Assembly (NCBI GenBank): GCA_951406725.2
Contig: OX597816.1
Location: forward strand, 28,024,001-28,088,000
Length of the DNA: 64,000 bases
Origin: Octopus vulgaris
Lineage: Eukaryota
Direction: 5' to 3'
Shown: piece after piece, positions 12,425 through 25,684 of the stretch
How the letters are laid out: each line of letters begins with the position of its first letter
Position numbering within the stretch: the first letter of the stretch is position 1
Notes under the pieces: generated by a model
Seen by the model: the letters and a program-made list of their open reading frames with translations, nothing else
Databases searched by the model: none
What the model was told of the DNA's origin: nothing
Position numbers and translations under genes: made by a program

Positions 12425-12840
12425 CACACACATATACTACACACGCACATCTATATAACCTCCCTCCCTCCACACACACACAGACACAGATACACACACA
12501 CACACACACATATATATATACACAGTTGAGTGAAACCGAGGTTTTGTTGGTTTCATGCGCACACAAACACCCTTACATTGGACATTACATATATACATAC
12601 ATACGTAATATATACATACACACAGACATATATATATATATATATATCAATGTTTTCTAAAATGCATATAATTATACAATATAATTATAAAATATTTATA
12701 AAGTATAATTACATAATTTTTTTTAAACATATAGCATGTTACATATATAGGCCACTGATATAATCATTTTTTGATTATATCCATATTTTATGTATATATA
12801 TATGTGTGTGTGCGCGTGTGTGTGTGTGTGTGGATGTTTG

Positions 12841-12904
<64 letters not shown>

Positions 12905-13443
12905 TATATACATACAGACATATACACACATTTACATACACTCGCACACACATACTCATATTTATGTATGTGACAGGACAGACAGAGATAGAGTTAGTGA
13001 CAGGGAGAGATAGAGAAACAGAGACAGAGAGGGAGAGAGAGAGAGAGTATTCAGTGAGAATTCCAATGAGGAAAAATATTTAGGTGAATTGTTATATAGA
13101 TAACGAGATTGTTGAAAGTATATTATCCCCTAGCTGCACTGATAGATTGCAATTATTATAGATATGAGTAGAAAAATATCATGACTACATTTGAACGGTA
13201 GAACAAATAAATAACGCTGAAATATAATAGGAAGTGCATGATAAATTGGCCAAACTGTATTTAGGTCAATGAGATAGTGTATCGATTCGTTATCACTTGG
13301 AAGTCACTTTGATTCTTCATCAAATGGATACCTGATTATATTTTTCTCTTTTGTAATGGACAGAAAATTAGCACACACACGTTCAGTAGCCGCACTTTAT
13401 TGTTTCAACCAAATGATGTGGTTAAGTATATAGCTTACCAAAT

Positions 13444-13854
13444 GGCGGCGAGCTGGCAGAAACGTTAGCACGCCGGGCGAAATGCGTAGACGTATTTCGC
13501 CTACCGTTACGTTCTGAGTTCATATTCCGCCGTGGTCGACTTTGCCTTTCATCCTTTCGGGGCCGATAAATTAAGTACAAGTTACGCACTGGGGTCGATG
13601 TAATCGACTTAATACATTTGTCTGTCCTTGTTTGTCCCCTCTGTGCTTAGCCCCTTGTGGGTAGTAAAGAAATAGGTATTTCGTCTGTCGTTACGTTCTG
13701 AGTTCAAATTCCACCGGGGTCGACTTTTACTTTCATCCTTTCGGGGTCGATAAAGTACAAGTTTCGCACTAGGGTCGATGAAATCGACTTAATCCCTTTG
13801 TCTGTCCTTGTTTGCACCCGCTAGGTTTAGCCCCTTGTGGGCAATAAAGAAATA
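13444..13854 (+). mobile_element. SINE group C dimer
   Basis: Head plus two units; flanked by imperfect TSD TATATAGCTTA(C/A)CAA. Confidence 0.9.
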
Positions 13855-14247
13855 TATATAGCTTAACAATGACAAAAGCGCAAGATAGCATGTTCGATCT
13901 CAAAGCACGCTTTTCTGGGTACGTTTCTTCTTCCGTATACTCCGGCAGAATGGTATATCGTGACTAGAATTTACGAGACGGAAATTGAGTTTAAACTCAT
14001 AACTCACACACACACACACACAGGCACACATATACATACATATGTACACAGACAGACAGGTACAGACACACGCACACACACACACACGCAAGCATACATA
14101 TACACACACAAACACACACACGAGTGCACAAATATATGCTAAGGGTGTAATTTCGTCGGGGCATATCCTCTGTGATTGTAACGCTCCGCATTTAGAGCGA
14201 CGCTGTGGTCGCTAGTTGAGTTCCACACATGTTTACAAAAGATGTGG

Positions 14248-14555
14248 CTTTTGCTGTTGTTTGTTCCTTCTCGAGCCACGTCCGGCTCATAAGGGCCGGT
14301 TTCCTGGTTCCCTTGGTGAATAGGTTGCCCACCTGGACGGGACGCCGGTCCATCGCAGGTGATCTGTAGGATGCAGGAAAGAGTGAGAGAAAGTTGTGGC
14401 GAAAGAGTCAACAGAAGTTCGCCATTACCTTCTGCCGGAGCCGCGTGGAGCTTAGGTGTTTAGCTCATAAACACACACATCGCCCGGTCTGAGATTCGAA
14501 CCCATGATCCCACGACTGCGAGTCCGCTGCTCTAACCACTAGGCCATGTGCCTCC
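14248..14555 (-). mobile_element. SINE group A variant (body X + tail T2)
   Basis: 13-bp TSD ACAAAAGATGTGG at 14235-14247 and 14556-14568; tRNA-like head GGAGGCACATGGCCTAGTGG...GGTTCGAATC. Confidence 0.9.
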
Positions 14556-14989
14556 ACAAAAGATGTGGTAAGGTGCTCAGTTTTTGAAATGAGTAGTGTT
14601 TGAGCTTATTTGTTGTGAGAGAATAGCAATAACATCAAAAACTCTGTTTATTCATGAATTTTAGATGCCAATTTATAAAGTCAACTCTTCAATACACCGT
14701 TGTACAATGTAGAAAATCATTACTTTATAAATAGTTCAAAGCAGACTGATGTTGTTTGCCCTGACAAATATAAATTTCCGGGCAATATATTTCGTTAAGA
14801 GAGATAGTTTTACAACTCTTTATACTTATTCATTATCAATAGAAACCTTTGAATGCTACTGCTTACGTGAATATCTTCAGTTTGAAATGTTTATACTGAT
14901 TGACAACCAGTGGAAGACATCTCTACATTTCTTAGGCCGCACTCTTTACCTGGATAATTTAATTTTATCAGAATACATTCAGACTTGGG

Positions 14990-15270
14990 TTACCGCGTTG
15001 AAGGGTTTTTGTGGAATGAATCACCTCCAGTACTTAATTTTCAAAACCTTCTCTTTATTTTATCATTCTCTTACACCAAACTGCTAAGTTATGGAGATGC
15101 AAACAAAACATATATAGCTAAACAATCGGTGGTGAAGGACCAACACAAAAACACAAACATATCAAAATATACATTCCCACCATAAGTATATACATACATA
15201 CCCCATCGCAGTAGGGCTGAAGAGAGAACCATACGGTTGGAAAGCGAGGTTCTTACCACGCATCCACGAG
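14990..15270 (-). mobile_element. degenerate SINE group B
   Basis: CCAGTACTTA...CCAAACTGCTAAGT...GAACCATACGGTTGGAAAGC..TCTTACCAC similarity. Confidence 0.5.
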
Positions 15271-16032
15271 AAAAATTTTAAAATTAAATTTGTGGATTAC
15301 ATTTCAGTTGTAATCGTTAAATTTTCGCGTTCTATTGAAAAATCCACATTGGATTGAGACAACTAAAGCTTTTATGCATAGTCGCTTGACCAGCTAATAA
15401 AAACGTCACCATTATCTCGCAAACCAAATATGCAGGACAAATATTACTATGTAAAATGTCGGTTTAGCCATACAACTATACAAGCTATGCATGGAATATT
15501 TTTGACAATCTGCTCAATCTTAGACTACATTCCATTTCTTAGCGCACAGTCACATCTATTCTTATGTATGTATTTATTTTTGTACTTGTTTCACTCGTTG
15601 GCTCGTTGTGACACAACCTTAAAGGTTTAGCCACACAAATTGACAGCAGTGATCATACTTTTCTTTTAAGACTGATACTTACTCTATCCACCAAAACCAA
15701 TAACGATCGCCAAGCTGTGGTGAGGTGACAAATACAAAGACCCACGCCCATACATATGTATATATATCGTCTTGTCCTTACCTTCGGAATGCGGAATAGA
15801 CGAAACAGGGATAACTGAAGAAGGGGAATATTCCTTGTGTTGTATGTCTTGTACTCTTTTTTTTCGTTGTTTGAAAAAAGTTCAATTCCATGTTTTTGTT
15901 TTTATGTTTTCGTTTCTCACTGTGCTCAATGTTTTTTTTTTATGTCCTGTACCCATATATGCATGTATATATACATATAGATCTAGGTATGTACGTATAT
16001 GTATGTATATATGCATATATTTATATATTATT

Positions 16033-16087
<55 letters not shown>

Positions 16088-16119
16088 TATGTATGTATGT
16101 ATACACACATACACACACA

Positions 16120-16695
16120 TAGAGGTCTGATCAATAAGTATCCATAGTAACAAAGCTAAAGCAGGGAGAGTCGAACGGCTCAGCGAAGATTGACCTTGAA
16201 CTCTACTGTGCATGCGCACTAAGTTTTAACGTTCTAGCTCACTGCCACTGTTTACAGTAGTGCTTAGAAGGAAGGTGTGTTACGTGTGATCGTCGCATTG
16301 ACCATGAAAGTCATAATGGCGATACCTGCTCAGTGGCCTGCGCAAAGTTGCAGAAAGTGTATGGAGAGGAGTGTGTGAGCCGCATATATGTGTATGTGCG
16401 TTCGGACGTTTCCAAGATGGCAGAAAAATGTCGATATTGACGAACGTTATCGGCGACCCGCAACCAAAAGAACTGAGAAAAACATCGCATATACTCATGC
16501 AACTTTGCGCGCATTCATCGAATTACTATCCGTGAGTTAAAGGATGTGCAGATTACTTACGGTTCCGTCCATTCCTTGTCTGCTACGTTTGTGCCAAAAT
16601 TGCTTTCGGGTTACCAAAAAGACACTTAGGTTTCAGTTGTACAAGATCTCCTTGATTATGTCATGAACGATGAAAACTTTTTGAACACTTTGCGT
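16120..16695 (+). mobile_element. mariner 5' remnant (left TIR plus decayed HTH region)
   Basis: TIR-like GAGGTCTGATCAATAAGTATCC; translation fragments RFQDGRKNVDIDERYRRP, RITIREL, SATFVPKLL (WVP motif), DLLDYVMNDENFL. Confidence 0.75.
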
Positions 16696-16849
16696 TGGCC
16701 TCTGGTATACCCACCAGCCTTCATCAGGTGTCTTGAGATCATATTCTCTTACGACTAAAAAATCGCAACCACCCGACAAACTAACAACACACACAGCTTG
16801 TGTTTGACGTTGTTTATATGCCTCGAGGTGCTTCTAATTTTTATTTGTA

Positions 16850-16922
<73 letters not shown>

Positions 16923-16944
16923 ATATATATATATATATATATAT

Positions 16945-16985
<41 letters not shown>
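16850..16985. repeat. (TCTA)n-(TA)n microsatellite
   Basis: Direct repeats. Confidence 0.95.
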
Positions 16986-16988
<3 letters not shown>

Positions 16989-17023
16989 GTATGTATCAAA
17001 AGAAAAACAGGGCGCAAAGATTT

Positions 17024-17118
17024 CGCGGTACATATGTTTGGGGCTTTATTGAACAACTTATTCTTATATCAAGGCATAATTGATCTAACAGATAGATCAA
17101 AAGCCTTCTTCAGCCGCG
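17024..17118 (-). ncRNA. degenerate type-I hammerhead ribozyme with long loop II
   Basis: CGCGG-CTGAAGA-AGGCTTT...AAAGCCC-CAAA-CATATG-TA-CCGCG: stems I, II and palindromic III present; G12 replaced by C. Confidence 0.55.
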
Positions 17119-18924
17119 TACAATTACCACACCAAAGACATGTATCACATTGTAACAGGTTTGAGAAGGAGTTTGAGAAAAAAACCGAGTTTCATTGGGA
17201 AAGTAAATCCTGAGAGGCGTACATGGTATTGCGAGACTCCAAAACAAATCGTCCATACCTTTTCTACACTCGATAAAGAATGAATACTGGGTAGATTACT
17301 TCATAATATATATATTTGATAATGACTCGTAGACATCAATATCCATCCTTATAATTAAGAAGGATAAGAAGTGCAATAAAGTTTTAAATTATCTCGCGTA
17401 AGAGAAAGAGGATCATGGCCAAATAGCACATGACAAGAAATTGGCGAAATTCGAATAAATCGAATGACTTAACAAAATATTCTCTTTAGCTTATTTAAGA
17501 TGTGGTGGAGTGGCTCTCTTCCTGATATATTCACGCACCATGCAATTAAAGAGAACTAATTGTTGAAATAAGTCATTACTCAATATGATCCAGTGTCTAC
17601 GTTATATAAGGCGTCGTTATGTCTTGATTAGCAAAGATCTAACTGTTACTTGTAGCAGGTGGAGCCACGGATGAGAAACTCTGTCTTTGATCCGTATAGT
17701 TTAGTCGAGCTGTTTCAGATTATTTGTTTTCCTACCATCTTTATTCCTGAAAATATTCTTAATAACAAATTTGTAACAAGGTAAAGTTTTTATTTAGACA
17801 GACCACCTAAAATACACAAAAATATACTAAATTTTCATGTCTCTTACAGAACGCTAGCATTAAATTTGAGAGATAAAAACAATCAAACGAAGACTAAGAC
17901 TTTAAAAACAAAATGTATTTTGAACGTTGAGACACAATATGCATTTTTAATACTTTTATTACTTACTGGATTGGAAATATTTTCTTTTCATTACACGCTT
18001 GGCTGTTCTATTTATCTTTTTCTTTTCATTTTGTCATGTTTGAGAACAGAAGCATTTTTTATCAACCACGATTACAACATCGTTTTTCAAAATACGTCAG
18101 TTTTTTTTTAAAGAATATAAATTAGATTAATATAAAGATATAAAAGGAAAAACTTGTGGGGAAAAAAATCAACGAAACAACAACATAACATAGTTTCCAA
18201 AGTATATAAATCTATCCTATAACACATTGTGGTAAATCAATTTTATTTCCTTAGTTATATATAACTTTGTGGTGAGTTTAAAATATAAAATGTATACCAA
18301 CACATAAAGATACAAAAATAGTTTCAGACCATTTCTTTGGTTATCCTATAGAAATTTCTTCGTAAAACACCTGAGTACCATAGAGTCACATCACATACAT
18401 AAAGACAAATATACACATAGCCATTCGCACATACAAACATGCACTGAAACACACACACACACATACACACATGCATTCCTACCTACCTTTATATATATAC
18501 ATGCATGGGCATATACGCATACGCAGTGACACAAACATGAATATAAAATTACTTTACAATAGATGAATTCACATTCAGAAACACGCACAAATTTATAGGT
18601 TATATACACAAAGGTTTTATACACAAAGAAACATACAAACATTAGTATCTGTGTTCAAATACACATCCACGCAAAAATATCGTGGAGACATTACGCATAC
18701 ACACAAACACTCTCAAACACACACAAACACACACACATACACACGCACACACACATATATATATATATAGAGAGAGAGAGATTCACTTACGTACATTCTC
18801 AGGAAAGACATGCATCCAAACATCCATACATAAAAATATATACAAATATGCACTGACACACATGTATAATCTCATATATGAAAAGGTAATATACTCACTA
18901 TGAACATATTTTTATTTTATTTTT

Positions 18925-19983
18925 TAATTCTATCTTGTTTCAGCTCAGAAGCTGAGGCCATGCTGTGCCACCACCATTTGCTGTTGCAACATAATTTTAC
19001 TTCACGAATGCTTTTTAGGAAATGACATTTGGTGGTGTATGAGATATTTTGATACAGTTGCCCTCATCTGCACCTCCTACCGCGAAGTTGGTTCATCTGG
19101 GACATTTGAAAAGGAAGAGGTCCAGCCTTATTTTGAAGACACCTACATCCACCCCATGCAGGTCTTTCAGGTCCTTCAGGAGGATATTGAACAGCTATGG
19201 ACCTCTGAAGCCCAGGATATTGCGGTATATTGTCCTACATTTTGATGGCAAATTTGGAGTCCTTGGCACTATGCAGTGGTGCCCAGTTCTAGTATTTGTG
19301 TAACTCTTGATGCCAAAGTTTGGGACAAGTCCTTCCAGGATTTTTCAGATGTATATTATGGCATATCTGTCTCGCCTACGCTCTAAAGAATAAAGTCTTA
19401 ATCTCTTGAGTCTTTCCCAGTAGCTAATATGCTGCACAGAGGCTATCCTCTTCGTGTTGCTTCGTTGGATTTCCTCAAGTTCTGAGATTAATTTGACACG
19501 GGTTGCTGACCATAGCTGAGAGCAATAGTCAAAGTGGCTTAGGACAAGTGTCCTCCAGAGGACCATCATAGTTTCCTGATCTCTTGTTCTAAAAGTTCTA
19601 AGAATCTATCCGGTCGGCCACCTGCCTTTCATTGGCAATTTAGCAACATGCACATGAAAGGTTGCATAATTACTCATGTAAATGCCCAGGTCTCACGCTG
19701 ACTGTGCCTCCGGGATTGCAATCCCTCCAGGTCCGTGTATTTAATGGGTATTGCATTTAGTGTTGCATGCTGATAGCACAAGGCTTGAAACTTTTCAGAA
19801 TTAAACTGCTTCCTATTCTTTTCAGCCCACATATTTCATCCAGCTCATATTGCAGGTACACAGTGTCTGCAGGATTCTGTATTACCTGTGAGACATTTGT
19901 ATCATCTGCATAACTTGTGATCGTGGCTCTGTGTGTGGCTGAGAGCATGTCTGAGAGGGCCATTATGAACAGTAGTGGTCCCA
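18925..19983 (-). pseudogene. APE-type LINE (CR1/L2-group-like) RT C-terminal remnant and 3' UTR
   Basis: LGPLLFIMALSD, ITSYADDT, LVLSHFDYCSQLWS, SYWERLKRLRLYSLERRRDRYAIIYI; frameshifted. Confidence 0.88.
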
Positions 19984-20977
19984 ATGAATTATATGCTACA
20001 TATTTAAAATGTAACATTAACTGTTGAACAATTATAACAAAAATGATTTTCCTCTTGATTTAGAAAAAGAATTATGAGACGAAGCTGATATTTCATTTTA
20101 ACTATTGGGGACATAACCAGTTTATTCGTTAGAAATAACAGGGGTATTTCACTGAAATGATAGCCACCTAGGGATAATTTACAATTTTGATGTTTTAGAT
20201 ACACCTAAACAGATGAGAATGTCATGGCCTCCACATTTATAGAAAATATATGTACACAAATACATCAAGATAAATTATGTATGTAAATTAAACACTCATA
20301 TTTATTGATTTGGTTTCGTGTATCTTTGAATCGCTACCGCCACTGTACGAGAGATCATAAAAAAAGATCTGGCAGAGCACTTGCCATAACTAATCTAACA
20401 TTTCGGCCTCTTACTGCGCGTCTTTAGGTGAGAAATATAGAGAAGTGTTATGTTTTTTTTTGTTGTAAGAGAGGAGATGAAAATTTCTGTTTAACTTCAT
20501 TCACTAGTTTTCTAACTTGCAATCAAAACTACATAACTTTATATCTTTCTCACGTTTAGACGGAACACAAGATTGGAAAATATAGACTATACGCTCCTGA
20601 CCGTAATTGAAATTTTCTATGAATTATTGATGGCATAGTAGATCAGCAACACTTTCCTAGGATTACATGTTTTACTCATATATAATCATTTCTTGGAATA
20701 TATAGGTGAGACAACTTCGTTCGTTGCCTAAAAAAACTTGCAACCTGAGAAAACTGTCAAATTACTGTAGAAGAGGTGAGAGAGAGAAAGAAAAAAAAGA
20801 CATAGAATGGTTGATAAACCATGGCTGGAATTAGGTTTGGCGAGAAAACAATGAGTTTTCGTTTGCCTGTCTGAAGAAGTGTTCGTTTTGGTTATGCATG
20901 CTGCATTTAAGAGGTGAATCTGGGGGTTACATTTATAGTGTGACATTATCTGTTGCCAAACACTGAAATATAATCTT

Positions 20978-21390
20978 ACTCTTTACTCTTTTACTTGTTT
21001 CAGTCATTTGATTGTGGCCATGCTGGAGCACCGCCTTTAATCGAGCAACTCGACCCCGGGACTTATTCTTTGTAAGCCCAGTACTTATTCTATTGGTCTC
21101 TTTTGCCGAACCGCTAATGACGGGGACATAAACACACCAGCATCGGTTGTCAAGCAATGCTAGGGGGCAAACACAGACACACAAACACACACACGCACAC
21201 ACACACATATATATTTACACATATATACGACGGGCTTCTTTCAGTTTCCGCCTACCAAATCCACTCAGAAGGATTTGGTCGGCCCGAGGCTATAGTAGAA
21301 GATGTTTGCCCAAGGTGCCACGCAGTGGGACTGAACCCGGAACCATGTGGTTGGTAAGCAAGCTACTTACCGCACAGCTACTCCTGCGCC
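20978..21390 (-). mobile_element. SINE group B, full length
   Basis: High similarity to 2400-2813; (TAAAAGAG)n-like tail. Confidence 0.9.
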
Positions 21391-21561
21391 TATATATGTA
21401 CAGATGAAATAAAAAGATATCAAGGTGAAGCCCATGTTCCTTACACCCATTATTAATGTACTCTTTATATTACATTATAACACTCTTCAGACTGCATAAT
21501 TCCTTGTGGTCACACAAGGTTGGGAGTTTAATGTGATTAAAAATGAGAACCCCCAAAAATG

Positions 21562-21865
21562 AACGGTCGCAGTGGCCCAATGGTTAGGGCAGCGAACTCG
21601 CAGTCGGAGGTTTGCGGTTTCGATTCCCAGACGGAGCGTTGTGTGTATTTATTGAACGAAAATGCCTAAAATCTCCGCGAGGATCCGGCAGGGAGTGGTG
21701 GTGACCCCTGTTGTACTCTTTCGCTACGACTTTCTCTCACTCTCTCTTCGTGTTTCTTGAGTAACGCTGCAATGGACTGACATCCCCTCCAGCTGGGGGG
21801 AACACACACGCCACAGAAACCGGGAAACCGGGCCCATGAGACTGGCTAGGCTTGAAAAGAGCAAC
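21562..21865 (+). mobile_element. SINE group A variant (body X + tail T2)
   Basis: TGGCCCAATGGTTAGGGCAGCG head; tail GCTGCAATGGACTGACATCCCCTCCAGCTG...GAAACCGGGCCCATGAG. Confidence 0.85.
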
Positions 21866-21884
21866 GTTTATCGTTATATTTATT

Positions 21885-21902
21885 TATCTATCTATCTATC
21901 TG

Positions 21903-21977
<75 letters not shown>

Positions 21978-21978
21978 G

Positions 21979-22035
<57 letters not shown>

Positions 22036-22090
22036 TTATCTATCTATCTACCTATCTACCTACCTATCTATCTATATATCTATCTATCTA
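21885..22090. repeat. (TCTA)n microsatellite
   Basis: Direct tetranucleotide repeat. Confidence 0.95.
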
Positions 22091-22967
22091 CATATCTGTC
22101 CATCTCTCTGTTTGTCTGTTTGTCTGTCTGCATGTCTGTCTGACTGCCTATTTATTTATATGGCTAACTATCTATGATAGTTGAAACTCATGTATAGAAT
22201 AGACGGACAAACGAGATACAAGGTTTCATTAGGCGTACTTAAAAGTAATACTGTCAATATACTGAGTACGATCTTGAAAATATGAATCGGTAATATTTAT
22301 AACAAAGTAGACGTTGTTGGATTTTTCACTGCCAGATAAAAGGGAAAAAAATAATCTAAAGTGAATATAATAAAAAATTAGAATTGATTTGAGGGGTTTA
22401 ACGAATAAAAGCTGGAATTGTTTAGCTTTTAACAATATTGGCAAATTTAAGTATTTCTGACATTTGCCTATTTACCTGTGGCAGCGCAACACTTTAAGAA
22501 AAGCTTTTATAAGGTAATCGTTTCGCTCTCCGATAAATTTACATCATGCTGATTTATCAGACATAGATCACAACTTTTCTATTTTGATATGGTGTATTTA
22601 TTCCTATTCGTTTCTTCGATTTTTTTAATAGACATATATACACAATAGACAACATACATACATATATAAATACACACACATATATCTATCTATATATCTA
22701 TCTATCAATCTTCATATATATACATACATATATACATGCATATATATACACATATATATATACATATATATATATACATGCATATATATGGGCATATGTA
22801 TATTTGTATATATGCATATAACTAAATCGTGATCTGAACTTTACCAGCTGAAAACATCAATACATTTCGTTTAGTGAAATATTAATTACTACTAAAATAG
22901 CTTCTGGTTATCATATTAAGAATGGAAACGACTGCGATATTTTAAGATGTACACGACTCCATTATTG

Positions 22968-23024
<57 letters not shown>

Positions 23025-23169
23025 ACATATATAGATTGATATATGTATATGTATATGTATTTGTCTATATCTATCTACATATATATTTATATAAATACAT
23101 ATGTATATATATATATATCTATATATACGCATGCATATATACATATTAATGTATATATATATATATATC

Positions 23170-23217
<48 letters not shown>

Positions 23218-23333
23218 CATATATATATGAAATCAATAATGGAGTCCAACATACCCCACATCTACCCCTCCTTCATGTTGGGAGGACAAATACAGACACA
23301 AGAACATATAAACATACATAAACATACATAAAT

Positions 23334-23392
<59 letters not shown>

Positions 23393-23399
23393 TACATAT

Positions 23400-23540
23400 A
23401 TATACGACGGGCTTTTCTCAGTTTCCTCCTACCAAATCCACTCACAAGGCTTTGGAAGACGGAAACTTGCCCAAGGTGCCTCGCATTGGGAATGAACCCG
23501 GAACCATGTGGTTGGTAAGCAAGCTACTTACCACGCAGTC
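23400..23540 (-). mobile_element. SINE group B 5' fragment
   Basis: ACGACGGGCTT..CAGTTTCC..CTACCAAATCCACTCACAAGGC...GAACCCGGAACCATGTGGTTGG. Confidence 0.75.
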
Positions 23541-24021
23541 TCGACTAAAAATTCTAAAGCATGTCATGCTACTAAAAATCTGAATATAATAAAAAAACAT
23601 ATCAATCGACTTAACTCTCCTCAAATAAAAGAGTGCGACGAAAAAGTTATTTTCATAAAAACTATGGCAGGTTGGAATCAATGACCGAAAAGAGCTCCAA
23701 AAAATCAAGTGAAACACACACACACACACATTCACACACATTCACACACATATATATACACTAATTTCTCGATATGTGAGTTAATTCGTCCCCATAGACA
23801 CGTCTTGAAGCGAATACTCGTAAAGCAGACTAAGGATTTCCCATAGTGGCAATGAAATTTTATGCTGTCATTTTGCTCCGTCGCTGTGTCTTTTTTTTAT
23901 ATATGTATACTTTATTTAAGAACCATGGTAATATTTCCATATGATCAAATTTTTGGACGCATGGTGTTATAAATAAAGTCTTTGACACGAATTTAATGTT
24001 TGTTTTATGATCAATGCTTCA

Positions 24022-24032
24022 TTATCTATCTG

Positions 24033-24128
<96 letters not shown>

Positions 24129-24153
24129 CCTACCTACCTACCTACCTACCTAC

Positions 24154-24211
<58 letters not shown>

Positions 24212-24233
24212 ATCTATCTACCTACCTATCTAT

Positions 24234-24320
<87 letters not shown>

Positions 24321-24390
24321 TGTATTTACGTACGTACGTACGTGTGTATATATGTATGTATATATGTATATATGTATGTATGTATGGTTG
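24022..24390. repeat. (TCTA)n/(TACC)n/(TATG)n compound microsatellite
   Basis: Direct repeats. Confidence 0.95.
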
Positions 24391-24769
24391 TATGTATTTA
24401 TATTCTTAATTCAGAAATATAATCACTTTGATCTGTTAAGAAAAGTAAAAAAGACGTTTTAATACATTTCGTTTATAGATTAATTGTACAATCACTGATG
24501 GAAAAAAATTTCCGTTACATCACAGAATGTGTTAATTGTTAGAAGATATGGGGTCCATCCATCCGTATGTTAATGTCGGCTCTTTTGGTTGAATTATTGT
24601 TTATGGGTTGTAATATTGTTGGAGTTTGAAATGTATATTCAGGTGACTTCAACGTTTTCTGTGTTATTTGTTTATTGTGTGAGTAATGAATTCAAATTGG
24701 TGTTTTCCGTCCAGTCTCTCTGTTTCTCCCCTCTCTCTCTCTGCATATACAGTATGTTTACCTCGTGAA

Positions 24770-24959
24770 GACCACGCGCGTTTTTTTTCCCTCTGTCCTC
24801 CCACCTCGGGATCTTTCTTTCTCTTATGTTTCCGACGAAGAGCTCCGCTCGAAACGTCATACCCTCCTTCTTCCCCTTTTTTCCTGAGCGCCGAATAATA
24901 CTTTAATTGTTCCACTTTTTGCGTTGTTGTCTTTTTTGTTTTTCTTGTTTGGATTAACT

Positions 24960-24960
<1 letters not shown>
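24770..24960 (+). mobile_element. Penelope-type short repeat with hammerhead-like motif (24827-24862)
   Basis: TGTTT-CCGACGA-A-GAGC-TCC-GCTC-GAAA-CG-TC-ATAC; T-rich downstream end runs into (TA)n; related to 44080-44270. Confidence 0.6.
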
Positions 24961-24991
<31 letters not shown>

Positions 24992-24996
<5 letters not shown>

Positions 24997-25180
24997 GAGT
25001 TTACGAAAAAACAACAAACGACGAAGGCAGGTCGTGTGCAAAACAAACAGACGTATTAGTATAACGCTCAGGAATAGAAAAAGCCTTTTACGTTTCGAGC
25101 TTACGCTCTTCTACAGAAAGAGACACAAAAAACAAGGAGAGAAGAAAAATGTGTGTAGTGGCTAACGATGTATCATGGCA
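24992..25180 (-). mobile_element. Penelope-type short repeat with hammerhead-like motif (25085-25120)
   Basis: Minus strand CTTT-CTGTAGA-A-GAGC-GTAA-GCTC-GAAA-CG-TA-AAAG; tail-to-tail with the previous element across (TA)n. Confidence 0.6.
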
Positions 25181-25199
25181 TCTAGATATATATATATAT

Positions 25200-25302
25200 A
25201 TATATATATATTAAGTTCATACATATATGTATATATATATTTAAGTTCATACATATATGTATATATATATTTAAGTTCATACATATATGTATATATATTT
25301 AA
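25200..25302. repeat. 30-bp tandem repeat x3
   Basis: TATATATATATTTAAGTTCATACATATATG repeated. Confidence 0.85.
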
Positions 25303-25684
25303 GCAATTTTAGAGACAGAACCACTTTCAACTTAAACAAAATTGAAAGGTTTTATACCCACCACTCCATAAAAAGTTAAAAATAGATAATGTTATAATAA
25401 TAATTATAATTATATACTACACGTTTTTACTAGAAAGTAGCACCTAGTCATACAAAAATATATAATTTAATTGGTTAATTTACGATACTTTAGATTTTTA
25501 ATTGAATTGTTAGCCGTACGTTGCACAATTGTAATTGAAATTTTAAAACTTGAATTCTGAAATTTAGATTAAATGTTAAGTGAAATATTTAAGAATCATT
25601 GTATAAATAATAGATTTTAAATAATATAAATCGTAACTCTAATGTATCGCAAATTATTCGAATTGAGAGTCTAAACATTAATTA

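Noticed and set aside
15768-15840. GACGAAAC...CTGAAGAAGG fragments resembling a Penelope/hammerhead remnant
   Set aside because: Core elements are not in a foldable order with supporting stems; too incomplete to call.
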